Shown here in pieces: positions 8,347 through 17,345 of a stretch of DNA of 24,064 nt (within the stretch, counting starts at the first letter, position 1; each line of letters starts with the position of its first letter). The DNA is from a virus (Duplodnaviria; Caudoviricetes). Location of the stretch: IMG/VR virus record IMGVR_UViG_3300046819_000096, positions 1-24,064 of that record; one strand, 5' to 3'. Made by a program: the position numbers and the translations under genes. The notes under the pieces were generated by a model, which was given only the letters and a program-made list of their open reading frames with translations, ran no database searches and had not been told where the DNA came from.

Positions 8347-8775
8347 ATGTGGGCACTAAACTTTTTACCTGACGTTGTATTTCATTTGGTATTAATTGTA
8401 GGCATACTTGCAATTATCGTTAGTTATGTGTTAGCATACTTACCCTTTGTACAGAAATACAAATTACCACTTCAAGTCGGTGGAATTATTCTGACCGTCA
8501 TTGGTATCTGGTATGAAGGTGGCATTGCCAAAGATAAAGAGTATCGTGTTAAAATTGCCGATATGCAAATTCAAGTAGCAAAGGCAGAGAAAGCATCTGC
8601 CGAACTAAATACCAAACTTGTTGAAGAATTGTTGAAGAACGAACAGGTCATTCGTGATAACAATAATGCAAACAAGAAGAAGTTAAAGGAATTAGAAGCA
8701 AATCTTAATGCTGGTTGCAAAGTGCAACCTCAAGTCATTGATGTGTTAAACAATGCGGCAGTAAACATAAAATGA
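8347..8775 (+). CDS. Putative inner-membrane spanin (Rz-like)
   Basis: N-terminal hydrophobic segments, a long coiled-coil and a Cys near the C-terminus. Lies between the endolysin and a lipoprotein gene. Confidence 0.75.
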   Translation: MWALNFLPDVVFHLVLIVGILAIIVSYVLAYLPFVQKYKLPLQVGGIILTVIGIWYEGGIAKDKEYRVKIADMQIQVAKAEKASAELNTKLVEELLKNEQVIRDNNNANKKKLKELEANLNAGCKVQPQVIDVLNNAAVNIK

Positions 8776-9026
8776 AAAAACTTTTAATATTGCCTCTACT
8801 ATTCATCTTGACCGGTTGCCCAACCGTTCCGGTGAAACAAGAATTCCCTAAGGTACCAGATTCTTTCTTGGTGCCTGCACCACAACTTAAGGTCACACCA
8901 GACGGTGCTTCGGCCAGTGAAGTTTTTGATGTTGTAATCGAAAACTACAGCACATATCATAGTGTGTCGAACACGTTAAGTAAGTGGCAAGAGTGGTACA
9001 AACAACAGAAACAACTTTCCGAGTGA
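8772..9026 (+). CDS. Putative outer-membrane spanin lipoprotein (Rz1-like)
   Basis: MKK, hydrophobic core, LTGC lipobox, Pro-rich linker and a C-terminal L..W...Q helix. Confidence 0.82.
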   Translation: MKKLLILPLLFILTGCPTVPVKQEFPKVPDSFLVPAPQLKVTPDGASASEVFDVVIENYSTYHSVSNTLSKWQEWYKQQKQLSE

Positions 9027-9051
9027 TATGTTTTTTGCATATCACATCCAT

Positions 9052-9059
9052 TATAAATA
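9052..9059 (+). promoter_or_regulatory. T4-type late promoter TATAAATA
   Basis: Perfect gp55 consensus in an intergenic region. Confidence 0.7.
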
Positions 9060-9091
9060 AATAACACTGATGAGTTGACGGGCGTATTATT

Positions 9092-9595
9092 GTGATTAAT
9101 ATAGAAGAACAAGAAATCAATAAATCACACAGCGCTGAATTGAACATGTCAACATCAAAACAAACAAATGAATGCTCAGATATCATCGATATGAAGGTCG
9201 ATGTTGGTGTATTAAAAACGCAAATTAGTGTCATCTCTCAATTGTGTGAGAAGATGGATAAGGTTATTGAAAAGCTTGTGGATGCCCAAGATAGACATAT
9301 TAGCCAGGTCTACAGAGAGATGGACAAACGCAGAATAGAAACTGATGCAGATGTAAAAGAGATTCATTCCAGAATCGATACGGTATTGGATAAAGTCCAA
9401 GATACCGAAAGACGTTTATTGGAAGAAATTAAAGGTTTAAGAACGGAGATTTCGGATCATAATAGAAAAGAAAAAGAGTCTCTGGACAAGTTGTTAGAGT
9501 GGAAATGGATGGTTGCCGGCGGCATTATTGTTATGTCATGGTTGATTTCTCATCTAAGTCTTGATACCATAAAGTCTGTATTGTTCCGTATGTAA
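9092..9595 (+). CDS. Coiled-coil protein with a C-terminal transmembrane anchor (start uncertain)
   Basis: Heptad-rich body ending LEWKWMVAGGIIVMSWLI. A similar gene commonly precedes gp61 in aquatic T4-like phages (recall). Confidence 0.7.
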   Translation: MINIEEQEINKSHSAELNMSTSKQTNECSDIIDMKVDVGVLKTQISVISQLCEKMDKVIEKLVDAQDRHISQVYREMDKRRIETDADVKEIHSRIDTVLDKVQDTERRLLEEIKGLRTEISDHNRKEKESLDKLLEWKWMVAGGIIVMSWLISHLSLDTIKSVLFRM

Positions 9596-9620
9596 ACAAC
9601 AAAAGAAAATTGATTATATT

Positions 9621-10634
9621 ATGAGTGTTTTTATTGATCGTAAGTTCCTCCTCATGGTTTCTCCGAAATTGCAAAGGTTTACGCAAAAGAAGCAAGACCT
9701 TTATAATTTTCGATGCCCACTTTGCGGTGATTCGGAGAAAAACAAGACGAAGTGCCGAGGCTACGTCTACCGAAAAAAGAACGATTATTTCTATATGTGC
9801 CACAACTGTGGTGCATCTACTTCTTTTTACAATTTTCTGGACAAAGTTGATCCAACGATTGTGAAAGAATATGCTTTGGAACGATTTAAGAACGGTGACA
9901 CTGGTAATCAAAACTATCCAAAACCAACGTTTGAGGAATTCAAGACTGAACGACCAACATTCAAGAAGTCTTTGGGCATTCCAACTATCGAATCGTTACC
10001 AATAGACCATCGTGCAAAGGTGTTTATTGAGAACAGAAAAATCCCAGAAGAAAATTATAAGCAGTTATACTTTGCGGAAGATTTTAAACGATTCATTGAG
10101 GATCTAGGTATCGTCCAAGAAGGCCTCAAGGAAAATGATGAGAGACTGGTCATTCCGTTCTATGACAAAGAAAAGAATCTAATTGCCGTACAAGGTCGTA
10201 CAATAGGCGATTCTGTGTTGCGTTATATCACCATCAAGACGGATGATAATAACGAGAAGATTTACGGAATGGATACTGTTGACACCGATAAGATGATTTA
10301 TGTTGTTGAGGGTCCTTTTGATTCTATGTTTGTTGATAATGCAATTGCAACCTGTGATTCGAATCTAACACACGCAGCAACAGTGTATGATAAGTCAAAT
10401 ATAACACTCATCTTTGATAACGAACCACGGAACAAAGAAATTGTCAAGAAGTTAGAAAAGGCCATAGAAGATCACTACAATGTGGTTATATGGCCTGAAA
10501 TGATAGAAGAAAAAGATGTAAATGATATGATTCTTTCGGGGTTTTCTAAAGATGACCTCCAAGATATCATAAGTAAACACTCCTTCATTAATTTGAGGGC
10601 GAAAATGGAGTTTGTTAACTGGAAGAAAGTATGA
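9621..10634 (+). CDS. 61: DNA primase, T4 gp61 family
   Basis: Zn finger NFRCPLCGDS...CHNCG, RLVIPF, QGR, TOPRIM VVEGPFDS, FDNEPRN and KDVNDM. Confidence 0.96.
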   Translation: MSVFIDRKFLLMVSPKLQRFTQKKQDLYNFRCPLCGDSEKNKTKCRGYVYRKKNDYFYMCHNCGASTSFYNFLDKVDPTIVKEYALERFKNGDTGNQNYPKPTFEEFKTERPTFKKSLGIPTIESLPIDHRAKVFIENRKIPEENYKQLYFAEDFKRFIEDLGIVQEGLKENDERLVIPFYDKEKNLIAVQGRTIGDSVLRYITIKTDDNNEKIYGMDTVDTDKMIYVVEGPFDSMFVDNAIATCDSNLTHAATVYDKSNITLIFDNEPRNKEIVKKLEKAIEDHYNVVIWPEMIEEKDVNDMILSGFSKDDLQDIISKHSFINLRAKMEFVNWKKV

Positions 10635-10647
10635 ATGGAGATTTGAA

Positions 10648-11310
10648 GTGAAAGTGAAATTAATTAATTATTCGCAACCTACACAAGAGATGTTAGATGA
10701 TGGTGTAGTATCGTTACAGGATCAGGTTGCATATGTAGCCAGAGTATCTAATCCAAGTAACCAGTTGAACATGGAAACTGCTCCAAAATTAATCGGGTAT
10801 CTGATTAAACATAAACACTGGTCACCATTAGAAATGGTTAGTGTGTGTTTAGAGATTGAAACTACTCGTGATATTGCTCGCCAGATTTTACGACACCGGT
10901 CCTTCTCTTTCCAAGAGTTTAGTCAACGTTATGCTGTTGCTGACCTTGGATTTGAAAAGAGGGAAGCAAGATTTCAAGACCCAAAGAATCGTCAGAATAG
11001 TGTGCCTTGTGAAAACCCTGCTGTACAATCATTCTGGGAAAACTACCAACAAAAAGTACAAGATACTGTGCAAAATGCATATCAATGGGCGATAGATAGT
11101 GGTATAGCTAAAGAACAAGCAAGAGCTGTATTGCCAGAAGGCATGACAACTTCAAGGATGTATATGAATGGAACTTTACGTTCCTGGGTACACTATATAC
11201 AACTCCGCAGTGCAAATGGTACCCAAAAAGAACACATGGATGTTGCTATTGCTTGTGCTAAGGCAATCGAACCAATTTTCCCTATGATTAACGATTTTTT
11301 GAGTGATTGA
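10648..11310 (+). CDS. thyX: FAD-dependent thymidylate synthase
   Basis: HWSPLE and RQILRHRSFSFQEFSQRY (RHRx7S motif), AKEQARAVLP, TQKEH. GTG 10648 follows a GGAG SD. Confidence 0.96.
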   Translation: MKVKLINYSQPTQEMLDDGVVSLQDQVAYVARVSNPSNQLNMETAPKLIGYLIKHKHWSPLEMVSVCLEIETTRDIARQILRHRSFSFQEFSQRYAVADLGFEKREARFQDPKNRQNSVPCENPAVQSFWENYQQKVQDTVQNAYQWAIDSGIAKEQARAVLPEGMTTSRMYMNGTLRSWVHYIQLRSANGTQKEHMDVAIACAKAIEPIFPMINDFLSD

Positions 11311-11314
11311 TATT

Positions 11315-11749
11315 ATGAATATAAATTTAGTAAAAAGCAATGAAGAAGCAGTAGTACCAACAATCGCAACGCAAGGATCCGCTGGTGCAGATTTGTGTTC
11401 GATTATGCCAGAAACATTCATTTATCCAGGCGAAACAAAATTAATTAAGACAGGGATCAACATCTCCATTCCCCTCGGTTATGCCGGTTTCGTATGTTCT
11501 CGTTCTGGATTAGCACTTAAACAAAACGTGTTTGTTTTAAATGCACCTGGCATTATCGATAGTGATTATACAGGTGAAGTTGGTGTAATTTTGCATAATG
11601 CAAGTGGTGATCGATTCACCGTAAAACCTGGTGACAGAATTGCCCAATTGTTGGTTGTCAAATGTGAGCACTTTACATTTAATGAAGTTAAAGAATTAGA
11701 AAAGACAGAACGTGGTGAAGGTGGGTTCGGTTCCACTGGTCACAATTAA
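11315..11749 (+). CDS. dut: Trimeric dUTPase
   Basis: AGADL, SRSGLA, GIIDSDYTGE, GDRIAQL and RGEGGFGSTG (motifs I-V). Confidence 0.97.
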   Translation: MNINLVKSNEEAVVPTIATQGSAGADLCSIMPETFIYPGETKLIKTGINISIPLGYAGFVCSRSGLALKQNVFVLNAPGIIDSDYTGEVGVILHNASGDRFTVKPGDRIAQLLVVKCEHFTFNEVKELEKTERGEGGFGSTGHN

Positions 11750-11760
11750 TAATAAGAAGA

Positions 11761-13647
11761 ATGGAGAAATATATGTTAAACGCTTATCAGAGATACATCG
11801 CCCTTTCACGCTATGCAAGATACTTGCCTGAGCAACAGCGCAGAGAGACCTGGGAAGAAACTGTATCTCGTTATTGTGATTTTTTTGCGAGCAAGAGTTC
11901 GGATTTTCCTAAAGATGAGATATATAATGCTATCTCAAATCTAAAAGTTATGCCATCGATGCGAGCGTTGATGACAGCAGGAAAGGCATTAGAACGTGAT
12001 AATATTGCCGGTTACAATTGTTCTTATATTGCTGTTGATGATCCTCGTGCATTTGATGAAGCGCTTTTTGTTCTGATGTGTGGTACTGGATTGGGTTTCT
12101 CTGTTGAACGCCAATTCATCACCAAACTACCTGATGTTGCTGAATCATTCCACAAGACAGAAACAGTAATTAAAGTTAAAGATAGTAAACTAGGTTGGGC
12201 ATCATCGTTCCGTGAACTAATCAGTCTTTTGTATAGTGGTCATATTCCACAATGGGATCTGTCTGCACTTCGTCCTGCTGGTGCACCACTCAAAACATTT
12301 GGTGGTCGTTCATCTGGTCCAGGTCCACTCAATGATCTGTTCCGTTTTACTGTCAACCTGTTTATGAAGGCTGCAGGTCGTAAGTTGAATTCATTAGAGT
12401 GTCACGACCTGATGTGTAAGATTGCTGATGTTGTGGTTGTCGGTGGTGTACGCCGTTCTGCTCTGATCTCATTGTCGAACCTATCTGATGACCGTGTACG
12501 TCATGCTAAGAGTGGCCAATGGTGGTTAGATGAACCTCAACGTGCTTTGTCTAATAACTCTGTTGCATACACAGAGAAACCAGATATGCTTCAATTCATG
12601 GAAGAATGGAAGTCACTATATGAATCCAAGTCTGGTGAACGTGGTATTGTAAATCGCCTTGCAGCTAAGAAGAAGATTAAATCTCTTGGCGAAAGTCGCC
12701 GTAATCCCAACTTTGACTTTGGTGCGAACCCATGCGGTGAAATCATCCTACGTCCACAAGAGTTCTGTAACCTAACCGAAGTAATCATTCGTGAAGAAGA
12801 TACATTAGAGACTCTGTTGAAGAAAGTTGAAATTGCAACCATTCTCGGCACATTCCAATCAACACTGACCGATTTCCGTTACCTGCGTTCCGTCTGGAAG
12901 AAGAATGTAGAAGAAGAACGTCTGCTTGGTGTATCGTTAACAGGTATCATGGATCATCCAGTTCTAGGCATCGTTAGCGATCAAACCAAAGAGTGGTTGA
13001 CCAAGATGCGTGAACATTCCATTGCAGTTAACAAGAAGTGGGCTGCTATCCTGGGTATTCCAGAATCAGCATCTATCACAACAGTCAAACCATCTGGCAC
13101 AGTATCACAATTGGTAGATTCATCGTCAGGCATTCACCCACGCATGTCCCGTTTCTACATCCGTACTGTTCGTAATGATAAGAAAGATCCACTTTCGGAC
13201 TTCCTGATTGAACAAGGTGTTCCATACGAAACCGATGTGATGAAGGATAGCAACTGGGTATTCTCGTTCCCAATGAAGTCACCAGCACATTGCCGTATTG
13301 CATCAGAAATGACTGCTATCGATCAGTTGGAACATTACCTGATGTATAACGATTATTGGACAGAACACAACCCATCGATCACCGTTTATGTGCGTGAACA
13401 TGAGTGGCTTGAAGTTGCTGCTTGGGTTTATAAGCACTTTGATGGTCTAAATGGAGTTTCGTTCCTGCCATACAACGATTCTATATACCAACAAGCACCT
13501 TATCAACCAATTGATGAGGAAACATACAACACAATGATTGCTAGTTTCCCTGAAGTTGACTTTGATAAGTATAACGTTAACGAGTATGAGGACAAGACTG
13601 TCGGCGTTCAGACATTGGCTTGTGTCGGCGGGGCTTGTGAAATTTAA
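11761..13647 (+). CDS. nrdJ: Class II (adenosylcobalamin-dependent) ribonucleotide reductase
   Basis: PSMR, YNCS, LMCGTGLGF, VGGVRRSALI, NPCGEI, FCNLTE, TVKPSGTVS and C-terminal ACVGGACE. No nrdB next to it. Confidence 0.92.
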   Translation: MEKYMLNAYQRYIALSRYARYLPEQQRRETWEETVSRYCDFFASKSSDFPKDEIYNAISNLKVMPSMRALMTAGKALERDNIAGYNCSYIAVDDPRAFDEALFVLMCGTGLGFSVERQFITKLPDVAESFHKTETVIKVKDSKLGWASSFRELISLLYSGHIPQWDLSALRPAGAPLKTFGGRSSGPGPLNDLFRFTVNLFMKAAGRKLNSLECHDLMCKIADVVVVGGVRRSALISLSNLSDDRVRHAKSGQWWLDEPQRALSNNSVAYTEKPDMLQFMEEWKSLYESKSGERGIVNRLAAKKKIKSLGESRRNPNFDFGANPCGEIILRPQEFCNLTEVIIREEDTLETLLKKVEIATILGTFQSTLTDFRYLRSVWKKNVEEERLLGVSLTGIMDHPVLGIVSDQTKEWLTKMREHSIAVNKKWAAILGIPESASITTVKPSGTVSQLVDSSSGIHPRMSRFYIRTVRNDKKDPLSDFLIEQGVPYETDVMKDSNWVFSFPMKSPAHCRIASEMTAIDQLEHYLMYNDYWTEHNPSITVYVREHEWLEVAAWVYKHFDGLNGVSFLPYNDSIYQQAPYQPIDEETYNTMIASFPEVDFDKYNVNEYEDKTVGVQTLACVGGACEI

Positions 13648-13826
13648 TGCCTATATTTGATTTTTCATGTAAAGAATGTGGAAAGACATTCGAAAAATTA
13701 GTAAAGAGCTCGGACATTCCACCGGAGTGTCCGAGTTGTGGAAGTAGAAACACCACTAAAGATGAGATACAGAAATTTGGTTTTGAGTTAAAAGGAGTTG
13801 GTGTTTATAAAAACAATACCCATTAG
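13647..13826 (+). CDS. FmdB-family zinc-ribbon protein (59 aa, not in the ORF track)
   Basis: Manual translation MPIFDFSCKECGKTFEKL...ECPSCGS...FELKGVGVYKN. TAATG coupling to nrdJ. Confidence 0.85.
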   Translation: MPIFDFSCKECGKTFEKLVKSSDIPPECPSCGSRNTTKDEIQKFGFELKGVGVYKNNTH

Positions 13827-13842
13827 AAAAGAAGGATAATAA

Positions 13843-14031
13843 ATGTCAACAAAACTTTTAACAGGAGAATGTGGCAATTGTGAATCATATTTTGAACTAT
13901 CTTTTATGCGTGAACTAGTCTCTCAAGATCCAGAGTATTGCCCCTTTTGCGGTGAAATCATCGAAGATTCCTTAGAAGAATATATAGAGGAAGATGAATT
14001 CGATGGTGGAACTGAGGAATGGGAAGATTAA
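13843..14031 (+). CDS. Small acidic zinc-finger protein
   Basis: CGNC...YCPFCG with an acidic tail. AAGGA SD. Confidence 0.75.
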   Translation: MSTKLLTGECGNCESYFELSFMRELVSQDPEYCPFCGEIIEDSLEEYIEEDEFDGGTEEWED

Positions 14032-14432
14032 ATTGGCAATATAATGGTGTTGATTTTACGGAAGATCAAATAGGTGAATTCTACGGATTTGTCTATTTGA
14101 TCACCAACACACAAAGCGGCAAGAAGTACATTGGTAAAAAATTCTTTTATTCTTCCAAGACCAAACAGGTTAAGGGTAAGAAGAAACGGTATAAAGTAGC
14201 CAGTGATTGGCAAACTTATTACGGATCCAATTCACAACTGTCTGAAGATGTGATAGAATTTGGTCCTGAAAATTTCAAAAGAGAAATAATACACTTGTGT
14301 CGTTCCAAGGGTGAATGTGGTTATCTTGAAGCAAAAGAACAATTTACAAACTCTGTTTTAGAGAATGATGATTATTACAATAGTTGGATTATGGTCAAAG
14401 TGCATAAGAACCATATTAAAGGATTGAGATGA
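14019..14432 (+). CDS. Stand-alone GIY-YIG endonuclease
   Basis: YGFVYLITN...KKYIGKK, YYGS, F.REI, LEAKEQ, YYN. Confidence 0.85.
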   Translation: MGRLNWQYNGVDFTEDQIGEFYGFVYLITNTQSGKKYIGKKFFYSSKTKQVKGKKKRYKVASDWQTYYGSNSQLSEDVIEFGPENFKREIIHLCRSKGECGYLEAKEQFTNSVLENDDYYNSWIMVKVHKNHIKGLR

Positions 14433-14788
14433 GTTTACTTGAAACTATGCAAAGTCATATCGGAAATGAACCGTATGACATTATTATGTTTGTGCCACAT
14501 CCAGAGCAAAAGGATTCCCTACACATTGAATTCTTAAATTACAAGGATCCGGGTGAAAATGTAGGCTCTTGCGATTTAGGGCATAAGTATGATATCCTAC
14601 TGTTTGAAGAAAATGATGCTGGTGAATTCCACAAAGAAGATAGATTTCAGGCTATTCTCACAGCACCAATCGAATATGCAGCAAGAATGGCTAAATCAAA
14701 AATTTATGGAATTATCGGAAGAAAGACCACAACATCTGACGAGTTCTTTGATGACTTCCAAGAAACACTAGGAAAAGAAGATGACTGA
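14429..14788 (+). CDS. Hypothetical protein
   Basis: 119-aa ORF coupled to its neighbours by overlaps. Confidence 0.65.
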   Translation: MSLLETMQSHIGNEPYDIIMFVPHPEQKDSLHIEFLNYKDPGENVGSCDLGHKYDILLFEENDAGEFHKEDRFQAILTAPIEYAARMAKSKIYGIIGRKTTTSDEFFDDFQETLGKEDD

Positions 14789-15197
14789 CACAACTAATTC
14801 ACCCTCAATTCAGGATAGATTGAAATCTAGAACCAATGAAATGATTGGTGAAATTGAATTTCACTTTGATGAGTTTTGGTCATCATCGTGGAAAGAAATT
14901 AAAATGTACAAGATTATGCACAATCTTGGAATAAAATCTGCCCACGCTAAGACCATAATCAAACATGCACAACGATGCATTAATGAATATCAAATGGCTA
15001 TTGATGGCACAGACAAACAACTGGAAGAAGGTTATAGCAACTTCACCAAACCACAATTGAAGAAGATGGTTAAATGGTGGGAAAATATTATTGCCGACTG
15101 TAACGCCATCGTTGATGATGGAAAAACATTGCGGAAATATAATACTGCAAGAAACAAGAGACTCCGTGCTCTTGACATTAAACCTAAAAGAAAGTAG
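14781..15197 (+). CDS. Conserved T4-like hypothetical protein
   Basis: PSIQDRL...DKQLEEGYSNFTKPQLKK motif recalled from T4-like phages. Confidence 0.7.
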   Translation: MTDTTNSPSIQDRLKSRTNEMIGEIEFHFDEFWSSSWKEIKMYKIMHNLGIKSAHAKTIIKHAQRCINEYQMAIDGTDKQLEEGYSNFTKPQLKKMVKWWENIIADCNAIVDDGKTLRKYNTARNKRLRALDIKPKRK

Positions 15198-15200
15198 AAT
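15172..15200 (+). promoter_or_regulatory. sigma70-type promoter upstream of rnh
   Basis: TTGACA-N17-TAGAAT. Confidence 0.75.
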
Positions 15201-15224
15201 AGCCTTTCTATTTAAGGATATATT

Positions 15225-16085
15225 ATGATTCTAGTTGATCTAAATCAAGTCCTCTTGTCAGGACTAATGGCACAGTTGTCATCACAAAAAGGCCTTCATA
15301 TGGATGAGGATCTAATCCGTCATATGATCCTGAATGTCCTACGCACTCATATTAAGAAGTTTAAGGGTGAGTATGGAAATATCGTGCTTTGTTGTGATAA
15401 CCGCAAATACTGGCGCCGTGATGTGTTCCCACTATACAAACACGGCCGAAAGAAAACACGAGAAAAGTCTGACCTGGATTGGCATCTAATCTTTGATATG
15501 CTTTCCAAGTTTAAGAATGAACTTAAGGAAAACTTCCCATATCATGTCATTGACGTTGATGGTGCAGAAGCAGATGATATTATTGGAACTCTGGCACCAC
15601 GTTATGTTGCTCACGAAGATGTTTTGATTATTTCAAGTGATGGAGACTTTCCTCAATTACAGAGATATAACACAGGTAAACATTCGATCAAGCAATACAA
15701 TCCTGCTATGAAGAAGTTTATCAAGTCGGTTGATCCTGTACTTGAATTGAAAGAGAAGATTATTCGTGGCGATAAAGGTGATGGCATTCCTAACATCTTT
15801 TCTCCTAGTGATTGTTTTGCACTTGAACAACGTCAGAAACCTATCACCAAAAATGTAATGGATAAACTGTTAAACGAGAGTGTACAGAATTGGTCAGATG
15901 ATCGTGCTAAAACTGGTTTCTCTAGAAACGAGATTCTTATTGACCTAAGATTCATTCCAAAGGAAATCCAAGAGAAAATCCTAAATACATTAGAGGAAAC
16001 GAAACCGGCATCCCGCCAAAAAATGTTAAACTATTTCATTAGCAAAAAACTGAAGAATCTAATGGATGTGATTGAGGAATTTTAA
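15225..16085 (+). CDS. rnh: T4-type RNase H (5'-3' exonuclease/flap nuclease)
   Basis: MILVDLNQ, YWRR..FP.YK..R, EADDIIG, ISSDGDF.QL and GDKGDGIPNI. Confidence 0.95.
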   Translation: MILVDLNQVLLSGLMAQLSSQKGLHMDEDLIRHMILNVLRTHIKKFKGEYGNIVLCCDNRKYWRRDVFPLYKHGRKKTREKSDLDWHLIFDMLSKFKNELKENFPYHVIDVDGAEADDIIGTLAPRYVAHEDVLIISSDGDFPQLQRYNTGKHSIKQYNPAMKKFIKSVDPVLELKEKIIRGDKGDGIPNIFSPSDCFALEQRQKPITKNVMDKLLNESVQNWSDDRAKTGFSRNEILIDLRFIPKEIQEKILNTLEETKPASRQKMLNYFISKKLKNLMDVIEEF

Positions 16086-16507
16086 TGAAAAATCTATATG
16101 AAGTCTTTGACGAATTTGAAGAATCAAAGACAGAACAAGAACGAATTGATGTGATCGGACGCAATCTATCACAACACCTAGTAGAAGCACTACAATACGC
16201 TTATCATCCAAGTTATGTTTGGAAGTATAAAGAGTTGCCTAAAGAATATAAAATTCCAGATGCACCACCTGGAATGGCATTCTCGAATATCGGTAAAGAA
16301 CTTAAGAAGATGTATTTGTTCCGAGATGGTGATCCTGCAGCTGAAAGATTAACGGACCGTCGGAGACTTGAGATTCTTTTACAAATGTTAGAATCACTCG
16401 AACCAAGAGAAATGGAAGTGATAGTTGGTATTTTCAAGAAAGATTTAGGTGTAAAGGGCCTGAATTATAAATTCATCAAAAAAGTGTTTCCTAATCTACT
16501 GCCGTAG
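16085..16507 (+). CDS. Conserved T4-like hypothetical protein following rnh
   Basis: RR.EILLQMLESL.P.E.....KKDL...V.KVFPNLL pattern. TAATG coupling. Confidence 0.75.
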   Translation: MKNLYEVFDEFEESKTEQERIDVIGRNLSQHLVEALQYAYHPSYVWKYKELPKEYKIPDAPPGMAFSNIGKELKKMYLFRDGDPAAERLTDRRRLEILLQMLESLEPREMEVIVGIFKKDLGVKGLNYKFIKKVFPNLLP

Positions 16508-16517
16508 GAGTTGTATC

Positions 16518-16703
16518 GTGTCTAAATTTATGGGCAAGTTCCGTAAGAATGATAATTATAATGAAGATTATGAAGATGATCGTAAATTTTCAAAATCAAA
16601 GAAACCCAAAAATGAGCATGCCGAAGCAAGAAAAGTAAAAGCTCGTTATTTCGATGAGGTGTGTCGGTCATACAACCGGGAAGACAAATACCGTCAAGGT
16701 TGA
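16518..16703 (+). CDS. Small charged hypothetical protein
   Basis: AGGAG SD before the GTG start. Confidence 0.6.
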   Translation: MSKFMGKFRKNDNYNEDYEDDRKFSKSKKPKNEHAEARKVKARYFDEVCRSYNREDKYRQG

Positions 16704-16728
16704 CAAAATATCGGTTTTGTTGTAGGAT
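16700..16728 (+). promoter_or_regulatory. sigma70-type promoter
   Basis: TTGACA-N17-TAGGAT. Confidence 0.7.
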
Positions 16729-16770
16729 GTAGTCTGTTGGCATCACTTATTGATACGGACGGACTACATT

Positions 16771-17121
16771 ATGATTATCCATACACATACCGCTAAAAGC
16801 AAGAAACGTAAACCCAATGCTAAGCAACGTGCGTTAAAAGCATCATGGGAAGATATACTCAAAAAATATGAACCGAAGAAGAAAGTTAATACGGTACAAA
16901 CAAAGCCATCGGTACTTGTTAACCAAAGTGGTGCGTATCGCCGTACAACGCAACATATCCCTTCATTGGGAACTAGCGGCAAGGCAGATTGTTCAAAGCC
17001 AGTTTCCAGAAGTTACACTGGAACCGCCATCATTGGAATTGCAACAATGCATAAATCAAATGCAGTCCCGGTCTTTTCGCAAGAGGACGCAGTTGAAATC
17101 TCCCGAATGAGGAGAGGATAA
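16771..17121 (+). CDS. Conserved T4-like basic hypothetical protein
   Basis: C-terminal YTGTAIIGIATMHKSNAVPVF...ISRMRR signature. ATG 16771 follows GGA. Confidence 0.75.
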   Translation: MIIHTHTAKSKKRKPNAKQRALKASWEDILKKYEPKKKVNTVQTKPSVLVNQSGAYRRTTQHIPSLGTSGKADCSKPVSRSYTGTAIIGIATMHKSNAVPVFSQEDAVEISRMRRG

Positions 17122-17345
17122 TGGACGACCGAATTAAACAACTTGCCGATAAAGCACAAGAATATGCTGAGTGGACAACACCACAAGGCTTAGAGTGGTT
17201 TCCTACATTTAAAGAAAAGTTCGCCGAGTTGATTGTTCAGGAATGTGCCGAAATCGCTGACTGTTCCTGGCGTACACAGTGTCCAGGCTTTATGATCAAA
17301 GAACATTTCGGAGTTGAAACATGGAAAAAATCAAGTTTTCGGTAA
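17121..17345 (+). CDS. Hypothetical phage protein
   Basis: RIKQLA...KFAELIVQEC...IKEHFGVE. GGAG/AGGA SD and TAATG coupling. Confidence 0.7.
   Translation: MDDRIKQLADKAQEYAEWTTPQGLEWFPTFKEKFAELIVQECAEIADCSWRTQCPGFMIKEHFGVETWKKSSFR

Noticed and set aside
14019-14432. GIY-YIG gene as a mobile homing endonuclease or intron
   Set aside because: It is a single short catalytic domain with no DNA-binding tail, and the neighbouring genes (thyX, nrdJ, rnh) are uninterrupted.
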